Below, piece by piece: positions 1-10,718 of a DNA stretch of 64,000 nt. Source of the DNA: Chloroflexota bacterium. Its GTDB lineage: Bacteria; Chloroflexota; UBA11872; VXOZ01. The DNA lies in NCBI GenBank assembly GCA_964291655.2, contig OZ219802.1:352001-416000 (forward strand), read 5' to 3'. Made by a program: the position numbers and the translations under genes. Each line of letters opens with the position of its first letter. Position 1 is the stretch's first letter. The notes beneath the pieces are model-generated. The model saw only the letters and a list, made by a program, of their open reading frames with translations, had not been told where the DNA came from and made no database searches.

Positions 1-706
1 CGCAGCCAATCTCACTGCCATAATCGTCGTCGGGGTGGACATTTCCTCGAGCCATGCGGCCGTAGCCATTGCCGAGCGCTATCCAAATTGCTGGGCGACG
101 GTTGGCGTGCACCCACACGAAGCAGATTCCTGTACTCCGGCTACCTGGCGCGACTTGGAAGCGCTTGCGCAGGCGCCAAAGGTGGTGGCTATCGGTGAGA
201 CCGGCCTTGATTACTATCGCAATTACGCCTCCAAGCGTGCTCAGCAGGACGCCTTTACCAGACAACTCGCACTCGCGTCGCAGTCCCAATTACCCATAGT
301 GGTTCACATGCGGGATGCCTACGCTGACGTGCACCGTATGCTCACGCAAGCTTCGCCCATGCAGCAAGCGGTGATGCATTGCTTCTCCGGTGATAGCGTG
401 CAAGCGACGGCACTCCTTGATCTCGGGTGCATGATATCCCTTGCGGGTCCGGTGACGTTTCGCTCTGCGGCAAAGTTGCATCAAGTTGCAAAGATGGTAC
501 CATCGGATAGGCTATTGATCGAGACCGATTGCCCCTACCTTGCGCCAGGGCCGTACCGAGGCAAGCGGAATGAGCCAGCTTACGTACGTTGTACATTGGA
601 ATCTATTGCCCGGAGGCGCGGCATCGCGCCAGAAGACCTGGAAGAAATAACTGATTGGAATGCCCAGACGTTCTTCAAACTCCCCACCCACGACGCAACC
701 AAATGA
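1..706 (+). CDS. tatD: TatD family hydrolase (5'-truncated by window edge)
   Basis: GVHPH, AIGETGLDY, VVHMR, MHCFSG and IETDCPYL motifs; frame is open from position 2. Confidence 0.93.
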   Translation, partial: AANLTAIIVVGVDISSSHAAVAIAERYPNCWATVGVHPHEADSCTPATWRDLEALAQAPKVVAIGETGLDYYRNYASKRAQQDAFTRQLALASQSQLPIVVHMRDAYADVHRMLTQASPMQQAVMHCFSGDSVQATALLDLGCMISLAGPVTFRSAAKLHQVAKMVPSDRLLIETDCPYLAPGPYRGKRNEPAYVRCTLESIARRRGIAPEDLEEITDWNAQTFFKLPTHDATK

Positions 707-1685
707 GGAACAGGCCTCAATTGGTCGAATAAGTGCGCCTGTGGCGGACGAACTGGCTCAAGTTGAGGAGTTTCTCGCGTCCGTGTGGGAAGAGACGCCA
801 AACCCAGCGCTCTCGCGCCTGGTGCGCCACATCCTCGCGGCCGGGGGCAAGAAGCTCCGACCGCTGCTCACGCTGCTGTGCGCGTCAGTACATTCACCCG
901 TGGACTCCCGTGCTGTGAAAGTGGCCGCTGCTATTGAGATTCTGCACGCGGCAACGCTCATCCACGATGACGTTATCGACCACGCGTATGTACGACGAGG
1001 CCTACCTACGGCCAATTCAATGTGGTCCAACAACCTTGCCGTGCTCTCTGGCGACTACCTCTTTGCCAAGTGTTCCCACGTCGTGGCACAGTTGGGCGAT
1101 CCGGCATTGGTGCGCATTCTGGCACGTACCGTAATGCGCATGGTGGAGAGTGAAACGACACAATTCTCGGACATTGCGTACGTTGAGCGGCTGGAAGACG
1201 AATATTACCGGAAAGTGCAAGGCAAGACGGCGTCTCTGCTCGAGCTGTGTTGCGACGGCGGGGGCCTGGTTGGAGGTGCTTCTGAGGAAGAACAGCGCGC
1301 TCTTCGCACGTACGGTGAGAACCTGGGTATTGCGTTTCAAATCGTCGACGACATTCTCGACATTGCAGGCACCGAGGCGGAGCTGGGAAAGCCCGTCGGC
1401 GGGGACCTGCGTGAAGGAACTATAACGCTCCCCATCGTTTTCTTCTTGCGAAGCAACCCAAAGCATGCCGCCTTGACTACTTTGCTGAAACAAGAGGCCG
1501 ACAATGACACGCTTGTGTGGGAAGCAGTTGAAGCAATACGCACGTCCGGCGCGATAGACTTGGCGTATACCAAGGCAAGGCAGTTTGGCCAACATGCGCG
1601 CTCCGCGCTCATTGACTTGCCGTCCGGCGTTAGTCGCGATTCTCTCGACATGCTCATTGACTACGTGGTAGAACGACGACAGTGA
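660..1685 (+). CDS. Polyprenyl diphosphate synthase (HepT/IspB-like)
   Basis: GGKKLRP, LIHDDVID..RRG (FARM), FQIVDDILD (SARM), GKPVGGDLREG; start codon uncertain. Confidence 0.92.
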   Translation: MPRRSSNSPPTTQPNEEQASIGRISAPVADELAQVEEFLASVWEETPNPALSRLVRHILAAGGKKLRPLLTLLCASVHSPVDSRAVKVAAAIEILHAATLIHDDVIDHAYVRRGLPTANSMWSNNLAVLSGDYLFAKCSHVVAQLGDPALVRILARTVMRMVESETTQFSDIAYVERLEDEYYRKVQGKTASLLELCCDGGGLVGGASEEEQRALRTYGENLGIAFQIVDDILDIAGTEAELGKPVGGDLREGTITLPIVFFLRSNPKHAALTTLLKQEADNDTLVWEAVEAIRTSGAIDLAYTKARQFGQHARSALIDLPSGVSRDSLDMLIDYVVERRQ

Positions 1686-1716
1686 ACCAACAACGCCCAG
1701 AGTGAAAGGGTTTCAC

Positions 1717-3186
1717 ATGGCGCGCGTGCTGATCGCGGAACTCCAGCAAGAGACGGCGACCTTCAATCCGCATCTTACCCAATATGAGGACTTTCGCGTC
1801 GTGCGCGGCGCCGCAATCCTGGAAGAACTACAGGGCACGAATACCGAGATTGCAGGTGCGCTCGATGTCTTTGCCGAACACGGCGACGTCGAATTAGTCC
1901 CAACTATGGCGGCCTGGGCCGTGCCCCATGGGCCGGTCGCCGATGCCGTACTCGATCGGCTGATTCAGGAGATCATCAACGAAGTAAAGCAGAATAGCGA
2001 TGTAGACGCCGTGTTCCTCGTGCTGCACGGCGCCATGGCCGGCGAGACTGAGTTCGATCCGGAAGGCAGGCTGTTGGAAGAGGTGCGGGCGTGCGTGGGA
2101 GCCATCCCTATTGTCGCTTCTCTGGACTTCCATGCAGTCATCACCGATCGCATGCTCCGAACGGCCGACATTATGGTTGGCTACCATACTTACCCGCATA
2201 CGGATTTTTACGAGACGGGAGTGCGGGCGGCACGAAACCTCATGCGCCTGTTGAAAGAGAACGCCGTCCCGACCACCGCCCGAGTGAAGATCCCGCTGAT
2301 GGCCCGGGGCGATGAACTGCTTACGGATTCCGGCCGCTTTGGCGATGCCATTCGCATGTGCCAGGCGCTCGAAGACTCACCGGGGGGACTAGTGGGCAAC
2401 ATTTACCTTTCCAATCCCTTCACCGACGTGCCCGATCTTCAGTCTTACGCCATAGTGTCAACGGACAACGATGTGGCGCGGGCCAAAGCGGAAGCCGAAC
2501 GAATTGCCGCATTTATGTGGGAGAATCGAGAATTGTGGACGGCTGAACTGACGCCGCTTCCCGAAGCGGTTGCCCAAGCACAGGAAACTCCCGGCCTCAC
2601 CGTATTTTCCGATGCCGCCGACGCTACGTCCTCCGGCGCGCCGGGTGACAGCAATGCCGTGCTGAAAGAATTGCTGGCACAAAAATACGATAGACGGGCG
2701 CTCATACCGCTGATTGACGCTCCTGCCGTGGCCGCCGCATTCCAAGCCGGGATCGGGAGCACCGTTACCCTTCAATTGGGTGGAACCATGGATCCCGGAC
2801 GCCACACACCGTTTTCGGTTTCAGTTTATGTAAAGAGCTTGCATGACGGTGAGTTCGCCTATGAAAACGGTGTAGTCGAGCAAGCCGGCCGCACGGCGGT
2901 GCTCGCTATTGGTAACATCGTCGTGCTCACCACGGAACGTCTGATCTTATTTGTAGGCCGCAGGGTCTTTCAAGCATTCGGCCTGGAACCGCAAGACTTC
3001 TCACTGATCGTTGCAAAGTCCCCCAATGGGTTCCGCACATGGTATGAATCGATTGCATCCCGTATTGTCCACCTGGACACACCCGGTTCCGCGAGCCTCA
3101 ATCTCGAGTCGCTGCCCTACGAACACTGCGTGCGCCCCATCTATCCATTGGATGAGAACGTGGTCGCCACCTTGCGCGCCGGCTAG
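1717..3186 (+). CDS. M81 family metallopeptidase (MlrC-like)
   Basis: QETATFNP, LHGAM, SLDFHA, YHTYPHTD, DAADATSSGAPGD, VAKS motifs. Confidence 0.88.
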   Translation: MARVLIAELQQETATFNPHLTQYEDFRVVRGAAILEELQGTNTEIAGALDVFAEHGDVELVPTMAAWAVPHGPVADAVLDRLIQEIINEVKQNSDVDAVFLVLHGAMAGETEFDPEGRLLEEVRACVGAIPIVASLDFHAVITDRMLRTADIMVGYHTYPHTDFYETGVRAARNLMRLLKENAVPTTARVKIPLMARGDELLTDSGRFGDAIRMCQALEDSPGGLVGNIYLSNPFTDVPDLQSYAIVSTDNDVARAKAEAERIAAFMWENRELWTAELTPLPEAVAQAQETPGLTVFSDAADATSSGAPGDSNAVLKELLAQKYDRRALIPLIDAPAVAAAFQAGIGSTVTLQLGGTMDPGRHTPFSVSVYVKSLHDGEFAYENGVVEQAGRTAVLAIGNIVVLTTERLILFVGRRVFQAFGLEPQDFSLIVAKSPNGFRTWYESIASRIVHLDTPGSASLNLESLPYEHCVRPIYPLDENVVATLRAG

Positions 3187-3252
3187 CTCGCCGGAGGGCG
3201 GTCCTGCATCTCTTGCGGGGCCCAATTTGCGCACAATGCACGTTAAGGAACT

Positions 3253-3972
3253 ATGGATTCACAACAAGAAAAACCGAAGTACGTGCGGCGCATGTTCGAC
3301 GCCATTGCGCCCACGTATGACTTCATGAACACGGTCATGACCGCGGGCGCGCATCATCTCTGGAGACGTACCACGGCACGCCAAATCGTCGCGGATGACC
3401 CTCGGATTGTCTTGGACCTAGCATGCGGCACCGGCGACCTAAGCTTCGCAGTGATGCAGGAAGCCATGGCGCCCTGTACGATTCTGGGCGCTGACTTTTC
3501 TCCGCCAATGCTGTCGCTGGCACAAGAAAAGCACGAGCAACTTACTGAACATCGCTTCCCAATAGCATTCATGCGGGCGGACGTGCTTGCCTTGCCGTTG
3601 CCTGACTCCAGCGTTGACGTTGTTACCAATGCGTTCTTGCTGCGCAACCTCGTAAACCTTGGCGAGTTCTTCGCCGAGTGCCACCGCGTGCTGCGTCCGG
3701 GCGGTCGATTCATCACACTGGAAATCACCCATCCACCATACCCTGGGTTTCGCGGCGCCTTTGAATTGTACTTCAACAATGTCGTTCCGCTGCTGGGAAA
3801 ATTGCTAGTGCGTCACCAAGAGGCGTACACCTATTTGCCTACGTCGCTACAGGCATTCCCCGATGCGCCGACTTTGGCCGCAGCAATGCGAGAGTCCGGG
3901 TTTGCTGAGGTCTCTTATCGCTACCTTGGGCTGGGCACAGTAGCAGTACACATTGCAAATAAGGTACCCTAA
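3253..3972 (+). CDS. menG: Demethylmenaquinone methyltransferase UbiE/MenG
   Basis: MFDAIAPTYDFMN, LDLACGTGD, RVLRPGG, AYTYLP.S; near a polyprenyl synthase. Confidence 0.9.
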   Translation: MDSQQEKPKYVRRMFDAIAPTYDFMNTVMTAGAHHLWRRTTARQIVADDPRIVLDLACGTGDLSFAVMQEAMAPCTILGADFSPPMLSLAQEKHEQLTEHRFPIAFMRADVLALPLPDSSVDVVTNAFLLRNLVNLGEFFAECHRVLRPGGRFITLEITHPPYPGFRGAFELYFNNVVPLLGKLLVRHQEAYTYLPTSLQAFPDAPTLAAAMRESGFAEVSYRYLGLGTVAVHIANKVP

Positions 3973-4024
3973 GAGCAACGGTAGCGGAGTGATCGCCCCC
4001 CCGTCCACAAGGAGAAGCCCTCAA

Positions 4025-5197
4025 ATGAAACAACGTCTTGGTCTTGCGTTCATGCTCGCGTTCATGCTTACGCTTCTCGGTGTATCTACCGCCTCCGCGG
4101 CTGACTTTCGCACCGACACCACAGTCACGATAGGTGCAGGCGAAGTCATCGAAGACGATCTCTACCTGTTGGGCACGACAATCATAATCAACGGCACGGT
4201 GAACGGTGATGTCCTCGCCGCTGGGAACACAATTGAAATAAACGGCACCGTGAATGGAAACGTGCATCTTGCCGGTCAGGACGTCACAATCAGCGGCACG
4301 GTCTCGCAAGGCGCGCGGGTGGTCGCCAACAGCTTCTTCTTGATGTCGGGTTCGGTGGATGAAGATCTCTTGATCATAGGCAATTCAATTGCCATCAGCA
4401 GTGACGGAGTAGTTGGCCGCGACTTGATATTGACAATATCCACATTGACACTTGACGGTACCGTGGAACGCCGCGTTGCCGGTGTTGCCGAGAAGGTCAC
4501 ACACAACGGGAGTGTTGGCGCAGAGGTTGACATCAGTGTAGAGGATTTAGTTATCACCGATGACGCAAGCATCGGCGGGGATCTCATCTATCGCTCCGAG
4601 AAAGCAGCTGAGATTGCTAGTGGCGCCGAAATTGGTGGCGAAATTGCAGGCGAGATGGTTGAAGAGGCGATCGACATCGATCTCGGCATTGCGTTTGACC
4701 CGATCATTATAGGAATCGTCGGCCTTATCACGAGCGCAATCTATGGAACTGTGCTGCTGCTCGCATTCCCCCGGCTAACGGTCACAGCGTCCAATCAACT
4801 CCTTCAGAGTCCGTTCATGAGTATCGCGATGGGAATTGTCTTCCTGATAGTCGTACCGATTGCTGCCATTCTCGTGATGATCACGGTCGTTGGCATTCCA
4901 CTCGGGCTGATTTCACTCCTTCTCAACGGCATCGCACTCTTTTCAGCACAGGTGTTCGTCAGCTTGACTATCGGCCGGTTAATCCTAAGCTTCTTTGCCG
5001 ACGGTAAGCGACGCCTCGTTCAATTCTTTGGGCTGCTAATCGGGTTGCTCATTCTCTTTGGTTTCTCGTTCATTCCTTACGCCGGGCCTTGGGTACCCCT
5101 TGTCGTGGTGATTCTTGGTTTTGGCGGATTGATGATGGCGATAGGTCGGCTGCGGCATGAGCCGGTTCGTGGCACATCGCAGCCTGCTGAGGGATAG
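4025..5197 (+). CDS. Membrane protein with signal peptide, polymer-forming (bactofilin-like) beta-helix repeats and C-terminal TM bundle
   Basis: Signal peptide ending ASA-AD; repeated I(N/S)GTVxG(D/N)V units; about 5 hydrophobic helices at the C-terminus. Confidence 0.75.
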   Translation: MKQRLGLAFMLAFMLTLLGVSTASAADFRTDTTVTIGAGEVIEDDLYLLGTTIIINGTVNGDVLAAGNTIEINGTVNGNVHLAGQDVTISGTVSQGARVVANSFFLMSGSVDEDLLIIGNSIAISSDGVVGRDLILTISTLTLDGTVERRVAGVAEKVTHNGSVGAEVDISVEDLVITDDASIGGDLIYRSEKAAEIASGAEIGGEIAGEMVEEAIDIDLGIAFDPIIIGIVGLITSAIYGTVLLLAFPRLTVTASNQLLQSPFMSIAMGIVFLIVVPIAAILVMITVVGIPLGLISLLLNGIALFSAQVFVSLTIGRLILSFFADGKRRLVQFFGLLIGLLILFGFSFIPYAGPWVPLVVVILGFGGLMMAIGRLRHEPVRGTSQPAEG

Positions 5198-5200
5198 TCA

Positions 5201-6271
5201 GTGCGGAATGGAGGAGTCGCCGCGTCTGTGACGAAGTCAGCAAATTCTACGGCGACTGTTCTGGATTTTGCAACTCCGTCAACGCAAAGCGAGTGGGACA
5301 CGCCGGTAAGTGCTTGGGATGGAGAGTTACTCCAAAGCTGGGCTTGGGGAGACTTTAAGTCACGCACAGGTTGGGAGACATCTCGTCTACTCTGCCTGCG
5401 TGATGGTCAACCCATCGCCGCCGCTCAATGGTTGCTGCGACGTGTGCCACTGTTGGGTGCGCTCGCTTATGTGCCGCGGGGGCCGGTGGGAGCGAGTTGT
5501 GATCGAGAAGCGTCACTCGCCCTGATCCGGCGAGTCGCGGAGGAAGCACGCCGCGCAGGTGCATTTGCGCTCTGGGTAGAGCCTCCCTGGGAGGCGGGCC
5601 AAGGTCCGGCGCTTCCCGCCGCATTCGTCGCCACACCAAACTACATTCAGCCGCCGGCAACCGGTCTCATAGACCTTCGTCCGCCGAGCGAGGATGTGCT
5701 CGCCGGCTTCCAAAGCAGTATGCGGCGCAACATCCGCTTGGCCGATCGTCGGGGTCTTGAAGTACGCCACGGGCGGACGGAAGCAGATTGGCGGGCTTTT
5801 TATGCGCTGCTCACCGAGACTGCGGCCCGCGACAACTTTGGCATTCACACCTGGCCGTACTTTGCAGAGATGCGCGCTACCCTCGAGACTACAGATGTTG
5901 CTGCGCTGTTTGTGGCCGAATACGGTGGCAAGCCTGTAGGGGGCCTCCTGCTCACTTCGTACAGCGGCACAGCCTCTTACCTCTTTGGCGCTAGCGCTAC
6001 ACAGGAACGGGACCTGCGCGTCGGGCACGGACTGCAGTGGCACGCTATGTGCTGGGCGAAGAATAATGGCTGCCACACCTACGACCTGTGGGGGATGCCG
6101 GCTACACCGAGCCCAACCGACCCCTTAGCAGGGGTCTACAGGTTCAAGCGAGGGTTTGCGCCAAGAGTTGTCAGCTACGCGCCCACAGTGGTGGCAGCGC
6201 TGGATTCCCGCCGCTTTTGGATCTGGCGGCAACTGGCACCACTGGCACGCAGACTCTTGCCCGGATTCTGA
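5201..6271 (+). CDS. FemAB/FemX family peptidoglycan bridge aminoacyltransferase
   Basis: LLQSWAWGDFK, YVPRGP, YDLWG, GVYRFKRGF; start uncertain. Confidence 0.88.
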   Translation: MRNGGVAASVTKSANSTATVLDFATPSTQSEWDTPVSAWDGELLQSWAWGDFKSRTGWETSRLLCLRDGQPIAAAQWLLRRVPLLGALAYVPRGPVGASCDREASLALIRRVAEEARRAGAFALWVEPPWEAGQGPALPAAFVATPNYIQPPATGLIDLRPPSEDVLAGFQSSMRRNIRLADRRGLEVRHGRTEADWRAFYALLTETAARDNFGIHTWPYFAEMRATLETTDVAALFVAEYGGKPVGGLLLTSYSGTASYLFGASATQERDLRVGHGLQWHAMCWAKNNGCHTYDLWGMPATPSPTDPLAGVYRFKRGFAPRVVSYAPTVVAALDSRRFWIWRQLAPLARRLLPGF

Positions 6272-6310
6272 AATCATCTCGTACACAATTCCTTTGGCGG
6301 GTGGGGTGCA

Positions 6311-7351
6311 TTGTCATCTGTTGCCCTAAACTGCATCTCGAATGTCTCGCACGCAGCCTGGTCGCAGGCATTGCAGGCGTTGCCCGGTCAGCACTTTCTC
6401 CAAACCTGGGAGTGGGGCGAGCTCAAGGAGCGGTTTGGCTGGCAAGCCGAGCGTTACTTGTGTGAGCTAGACGGTCAGACTGTGGCTGCTTTCACCTTGC
6501 TGACCCGCCGTGTTCCTCTGTTGCCGTGGGTTATTGGCTATGTGCCGAAGGGTCCATTGCTTGACTATGCAGATACGTCGTTGTTTGGTGCTGTGTTAGA
6601 TGAAATCGTCGCTGCTGCGAGAGCATCACGTGCAATTTATGTAAAGATCGATCCTGACTTTTCCGAGGAGAACGAATGCGTGGCGCAGACCTACAACGAG
6701 CACGGATGGCACGCTAGTGATGAGCAGATCCAGTTTCCCCACACCGCCACGCTTGACTTAGGTCTGGGGCAAGATGCGCTGCTCGCGGCAATGAAGCCAA
6801 AGACCCGCTATAACATTCGCCTCGCGGCCCGCCGCGGGGTCGAAGTACAACAGACAACCGACTGGCAGACCCTCTTCAATCTCTATGGGGAGACAGCGAC
6901 TCGTGACGGCTTCCCGATCCGGGAAGCAGGCTACTATCATGCCCTGTGGTCTTCATTCCAACAGTCCGGCCAGGGTGAAGGCTTCTTGGCATGTGTCGAC
7001 CGTGAGCCCGTGGCAGGGCTATTCCTCATGCACACCGGCAACACGGGCTGGTTCTACACCGGCGCTTCCTCGCAGCGGCATCGCGACAAAATGCCGAATT
7101 ATCTCCTGCAATGGCACACTATCCAATGGCTGATCGACCGCGGCTATCGCTGGTACGACCTGTGGGGTGCGCCTTCCGTGATGGACGAGCGAGACCCGCT
7201 GTGGGGAGTGTACCGATTCAAGAGCGGTTTCGGCGCGGGCTATGTGCGCCGTCTCGGAGCGTATGACCACGTACTCAACCGCCCCGGATACGACGTGCTC
7301 ACCCGTATCATTCCCCGTTTCCGGCAGCTTCGCCGCAGTCTCGCCCGCTAA
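6311..7351 (+). CDS. FemAB/FemX family peptidoglycan bridge aminoacyltransferase (second paralog)
   Basis: FLQTWEWGELK, YVPKGP, KTRYNIRLA, PNYLLQW, GVYRFKSGF. Confidence 0.9.
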   Translation: MSSVALNCISNVSHAAWSQALQALPGQHFLQTWEWGELKERFGWQAERYLCELDGQTVAAFTLLTRRVPLLPWVIGYVPKGPLLDYADTSLFGAVLDEIVAAARASRAIYVKIDPDFSEENECVAQTYNEHGWHASDEQIQFPHTATLDLGLGQDALLAAMKPKTRYNIRLAARRGVEVQQTTDWQTLFNLYGETATRDGFPIREAGYYHALWSSFQQSGQGEGFLACVDREPVAGLFLMHTGNTGWFYTGASSQRHRDKMPNYLLQWHTIQWLIDRGYRWYDLWGAPSVMDERDPLWGVYRFKSGFGAGYVRRLGAYDHVLNRPGYDVLTRIIPRFRQLRRSLAR

Positions 7352-7446
7352 ATCCCCCTGTGCGCAGCCATCACTGCTTGACCGCTCGTGCGGGGTAAAT
7401 TACCATGCGCGCAAAGACATAGGAAGTGGTCGAGGAGCAGAAACAC

Positions 7447-8817
7447 ATGGCAAGAATCGCCTTCATCGGCGCAGGGAGCGTGACATTTGCGCGCCGCATT
7501 CTCACCGATATCCTGACGTGGCCCGAGCATAGCGAGAGTTCGCTGGCGCTGATGGACATCGATGGCGAAACGCTACAAATGACCGGAAAATTCGTGAAGC
7601 GGCTCATCGCAGAGCAGGGGCTCGGCGCCACCGTCACCACCACGCAAGACCGGCAAGAGGCGCTCGCCGGTGCTGACTATGTCATCACGGCGATAGACGT
7701 CGGCGGGCAGCCACTTCGCATGAAAGACTGGCAGATTCCCGCCCAGTTCGGCGTCTATCAAACGGTGGCCGATACGATTGGACCGGGCGGGGTCTTTCGA
7801 GGTCTGCGCACTGCTCCTGCACTCGCGGCTATCGCACATGACATGGAGTCACTTTGCCCCGATGCCCTGCTCATCAACTATGCCAACCCGATGAATATCA
7901 ACATGTGGCTGATTGGCGCTACAAGCAACATACGCGCTGTTGGCCTGTGCCATAGCGTTCAAGGCACGGCCGCAAGGCTGGCCCAGTATTTGGGCATGGA
8001 GCCGGACGACGTGTCTTATTGGGTGGCCGGCATCAACCATCAAGCGTGGTTTCTTCAGTTCCACCACAATACATTTCGCGGGCAGGACCTATACCCACGA
8101 CTGCGGGCGGCAATGGATGACCCAGAAACCTACGCCAGAGACAACGTTCGCTTCGAGGTCTTACGCCACTTCGGCTACTTTGTCACCGAGTCGAGCCACC
8201 ACATGTCGGAATACACGCCGTGGTTTCGCCGTACCGCGGCCGACCGTGCGCGCTACATGCCTGAACACTTGAAGCGCTGGGCGGAGGAGAACAACGTCGA
8301 GCGAGACAGCGAGGGGCGGATTTTGGATGAAGAAGCGCAAATTCGGGAATCCTTCATGTACGCCCGACAGGAGCGGCGCGAAGACTACTTTGCGAATCAA
8401 CAAAAAGACCTGGAGAGCCCCGACCCACTTCCCTTCAATCGCACGCACGAATACTGCTCGTACATTCTCCATGCTGTCGAAACAAATACACCCTATCGCT
8501 TCAACGGCAACGTGCCGAACACCGACCTGATTTCCAATCTTCCCTCTGGCTGCAACGTGGAAGTGCCGGTCTTGGTGGACAGCGCGGGTCTTCATCCCTG
8601 CTATGTCGGCAAGTTACCTGCTCAGTGCGCGGGCATAAATCGGACAAACGTCAATGTCCAAGAACTCACTGTTCAGGCGATTCTGGAACAAGATCGGCGC
8701 CACGTGCACGAGGCAATCGCATTGGACCCGCTCACGACAACCCGGTGTTCGCTGGAAGACGTGCGCGCCATGACTTATGAGCTCTTCGCCGCCAGCGAGG
8801 CGTATTTGACAATCTAG
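7447..8817 (+). CDS. melA: GH4 NAD+-dependent alpha-galactosidase/alpha-glucosidase
   Basis: IAFIGAGS, DTIGPGG, NYANP, GLCHS, AGINH, TESSHH motifs. Confidence 0.88.
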   Translation: MARIAFIGAGSVTFARRILTDILTWPEHSESSLALMDIDGETLQMTGKFVKRLIAEQGLGATVTTTQDRQEALAGADYVITAIDVGGQPLRMKDWQIPAQFGVYQTVADTIGPGGVFRGLRTAPALAAIAHDMESLCPDALLINYANPMNINMWLIGATSNIRAVGLCHSVQGTAARLAQYLGMEPDDVSYWVAGINHQAWFLQFHHNTFRGQDLYPRLRAAMDDPETYARDNVRFEVLRHFGYFVTESSHHMSEYTPWFRRTAADRARYMPEHLKRWAEENNVERDSEGRILDEEAQIRESFMYARQERREDYFANQQKDLESPDPLPFNRTHEYCSYILHAVETNTPYRFNGNVPNTDLISNLPSGCNVEVPVLVDSAGLHPCYVGKLPAQCAGINRTNVNVQELTVQAILEQDRRHVHEAIALDPLTTTRCSLEDVRAMTYELFAASEAYLTI

Positions 8818-8930
8818 CTACGATGCGGGGGAGAGATCATTGCCAGTTGGTATCGCATTAGAGACAATCGAGCGAGAAGCTAGAACCAAATCATCTCAGA
8901 GCATGAAGGCCAAGGGGTATTGGGCACGTC

Positions 8931-9314
8931 ATGAGTGACGATCGCAGCTTGTCCTCGCCAGAAGAAGCGCAGCGGCAGCAAGATGACGCGTTAGAGGCAG
9001 CTTCAACCATTGATGAAACTCCAGAAGGATTCCCAATCTGCCAGTGGTGCGGGGGCGCTATTACGGAGAAGGAAGACCTGGTTGTCGCGGTAGATGACAT
9101 GGGCGCTCCCGCCCAGATAGCGCCGGTAGGATATACTGCCCCGCGCACCTATGCCGCCTTTCACCGTGAATGCCATATCGAATTCTCAGAAGAACCTCAC
9201 CCAGAGCAAGACGCGGATACCGCTGGATTTTGGACGCCGGTAAATCTGCTGATCGTCGGAGTGAGTGTGATTGCGATCCTTATCGTGCTGGCCTTTGCCG
9301 TTCTCCCGCAATAG
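8931..9314 (+). CDS. Hypothetical membrane-anchored protein with a possible Zn site
   Basis: Acidic N-terminus, CQWC...HREC, single C-terminal TM helix. Confidence 0.6.
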   Translation: MSDDRSLSSPEEAQRQQDDALEAASTIDETPEGFPICQWCGGAITEKEDLVVAVDDMGAPAQIAPVGYTAPRTYAAFHRECHIEFSEEPHPEQDADTAGFWTPVNLLIVGVSVIAILIVLAFAVLPQ

Positions 9315-9546
9315 CGCGCCGGCAGACGTTCGTGAATTCTAGCGAAACCGGGGAGTGGCAGATGAGCAGGGCACACTTGACGACCACTCACTTTTGACGT
9401 AGACTTCATCTGTACTATGCGATGCATGGGTAGGGGTAGTTTATCGTTGAACCATGCACGCAATTGTAGTAGAGTAAGTTCAGTCGTGTGGCCATGCCAC
9501 ACAAAGCTGGTGAAAGTAGTGAATTACACAGAAGGAGTTGCTGCAA

Positions 9547-10656
9547 GTGGCTAGTGTAACTCTTGAATCCGTCTCTAAGCGCTTTGGCGAGGTTGTTGCG
9601 GTAAGCAACATGAACCTGGAAGTCAAGGACAAGGAATTCCTCGTCCTCGTTGGGCCTTCCGGCTGTGGCAAGTCGACGACATTGCGCATGATTGCCGGCC
9701 TGGAGGAGATTACGGAAGGTAGTCTCTTCATTGGTGACCGGTTGGTCAATGACGTGCCGCCGAAGGACCGTGACATCGCCATGGTGTTCCAGTCCTACGC
9801 GCTCTATCCGCACATGTCGGTGTATGACAACTTGGCGTTTGGTTTGCGCCTGCGCCGTACTCCTAAGAAAGAGATCGACCGCCGCGTGCGTGAGAGTGCG
9901 GAAATGCTTGGCATTGGCGAGCTCCTCAACCGCAAGCCGCGGCAGCTCTCCGGTGGCCAGCGGCAGCGTGTAGCGCTGGGACGCGCCATTGTACGCGACC
10001 CCGCCGTCTTCCTAATGGATGAGCCTCTTTCAAACCTGGACGCCAAGCTGCGTGTTACGACGCGCGCCGAGCTCATCAAACTACACCGGCGCTTGGAAAC
10101 CACTACCATCTACGTGACTCACGACCAGGTAGAGGCCATGACGATGGGTCACCGCATTGCGGTGATGCGAGACGGGGTTCTGCAGCAACTCGATACGCCG
10201 CAGAACATCTATGACCATCCTTCCAACATGTTCGTGGCCGGTTTCATCGGCAGCCCGGCCATGAACTTCCAAGAGGCCACGCTCTCTGGCGATGCTGACG
10301 AGATGTGGGTGGAAACCGGCGGTTTCAAGCTCCGCTGGCCGCCTGACAAGGCAGCCGCTCTGGCAAAGGTCGACACGGACAAGATCTACTTCGGCTGGCG
10401 GCCTGAGGATATGTTCGACCCACGCTTCCGCCCCGCCGCCCTGGACGTGTCGCAAGGCAACTCCATGACTGCCCGCGTAGACGTGGTTGAGACCCTCGGT
10501 TCTGAAATGTACGTCTACTGCCTTGCAGGCGACATCGACTTTGTTGCCCGGCTCGACCCGCGCGCTGAGGCGATCGTTGGCCGCGACATCGAGATGGTGG
10601 TTGACGTAGATAATTGCCACGCCTTCGACATGCGGACGCAAGAGTCGATCTTCTAA
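9547..10656 (+). CDS. Sugar ABC transporter ATP-binding protein (MsmX/MalK/UgpC family)
   Basis: GPSGCGKST, LSGGQRQR, MDEPLSNLD, YVTHDQ, C-terminal TOBE region; GAAGGAG RBS. Confidence 0.95.
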   Translation: MASVTLESVSKRFGEVVAVSNMNLEVKDKEFLVLVGPSGCGKSTTLRMIAGLEEITEGSLFIGDRLVNDVPPKDRDIAMVFQSYALYPHMSVYDNLAFGLRLRRTPKKEIDRRVRESAEMLGIGELLNRKPRQLSGGQRQRVALGRAIVRDPAVFLMDEPLSNLDAKLRVTTRAELIKLHRRLETTTIYVTHDQVEAMTMGHRIAVMRDGVLQQLDTPQNIYDHPSNMFVAGFIGSPAMNFQEATLSGDADEMWVETGGFKLRWPPDKAAALAKVDTDKIYFGWRPEDMFDPRFRPAALDVSQGNSMTARVDVVETLGSEMYVYCLAGDIDFVARLDPRAEAIVGRDIEMVVDVDNCHAFDMRTQESIF

Positions 10657-10718
10657 AGAGACGCTATTAGTCCCGCAGAAATGCTCCCTTAATCGGGAAT
10701 GTCCGGAAGAAACTTGAG

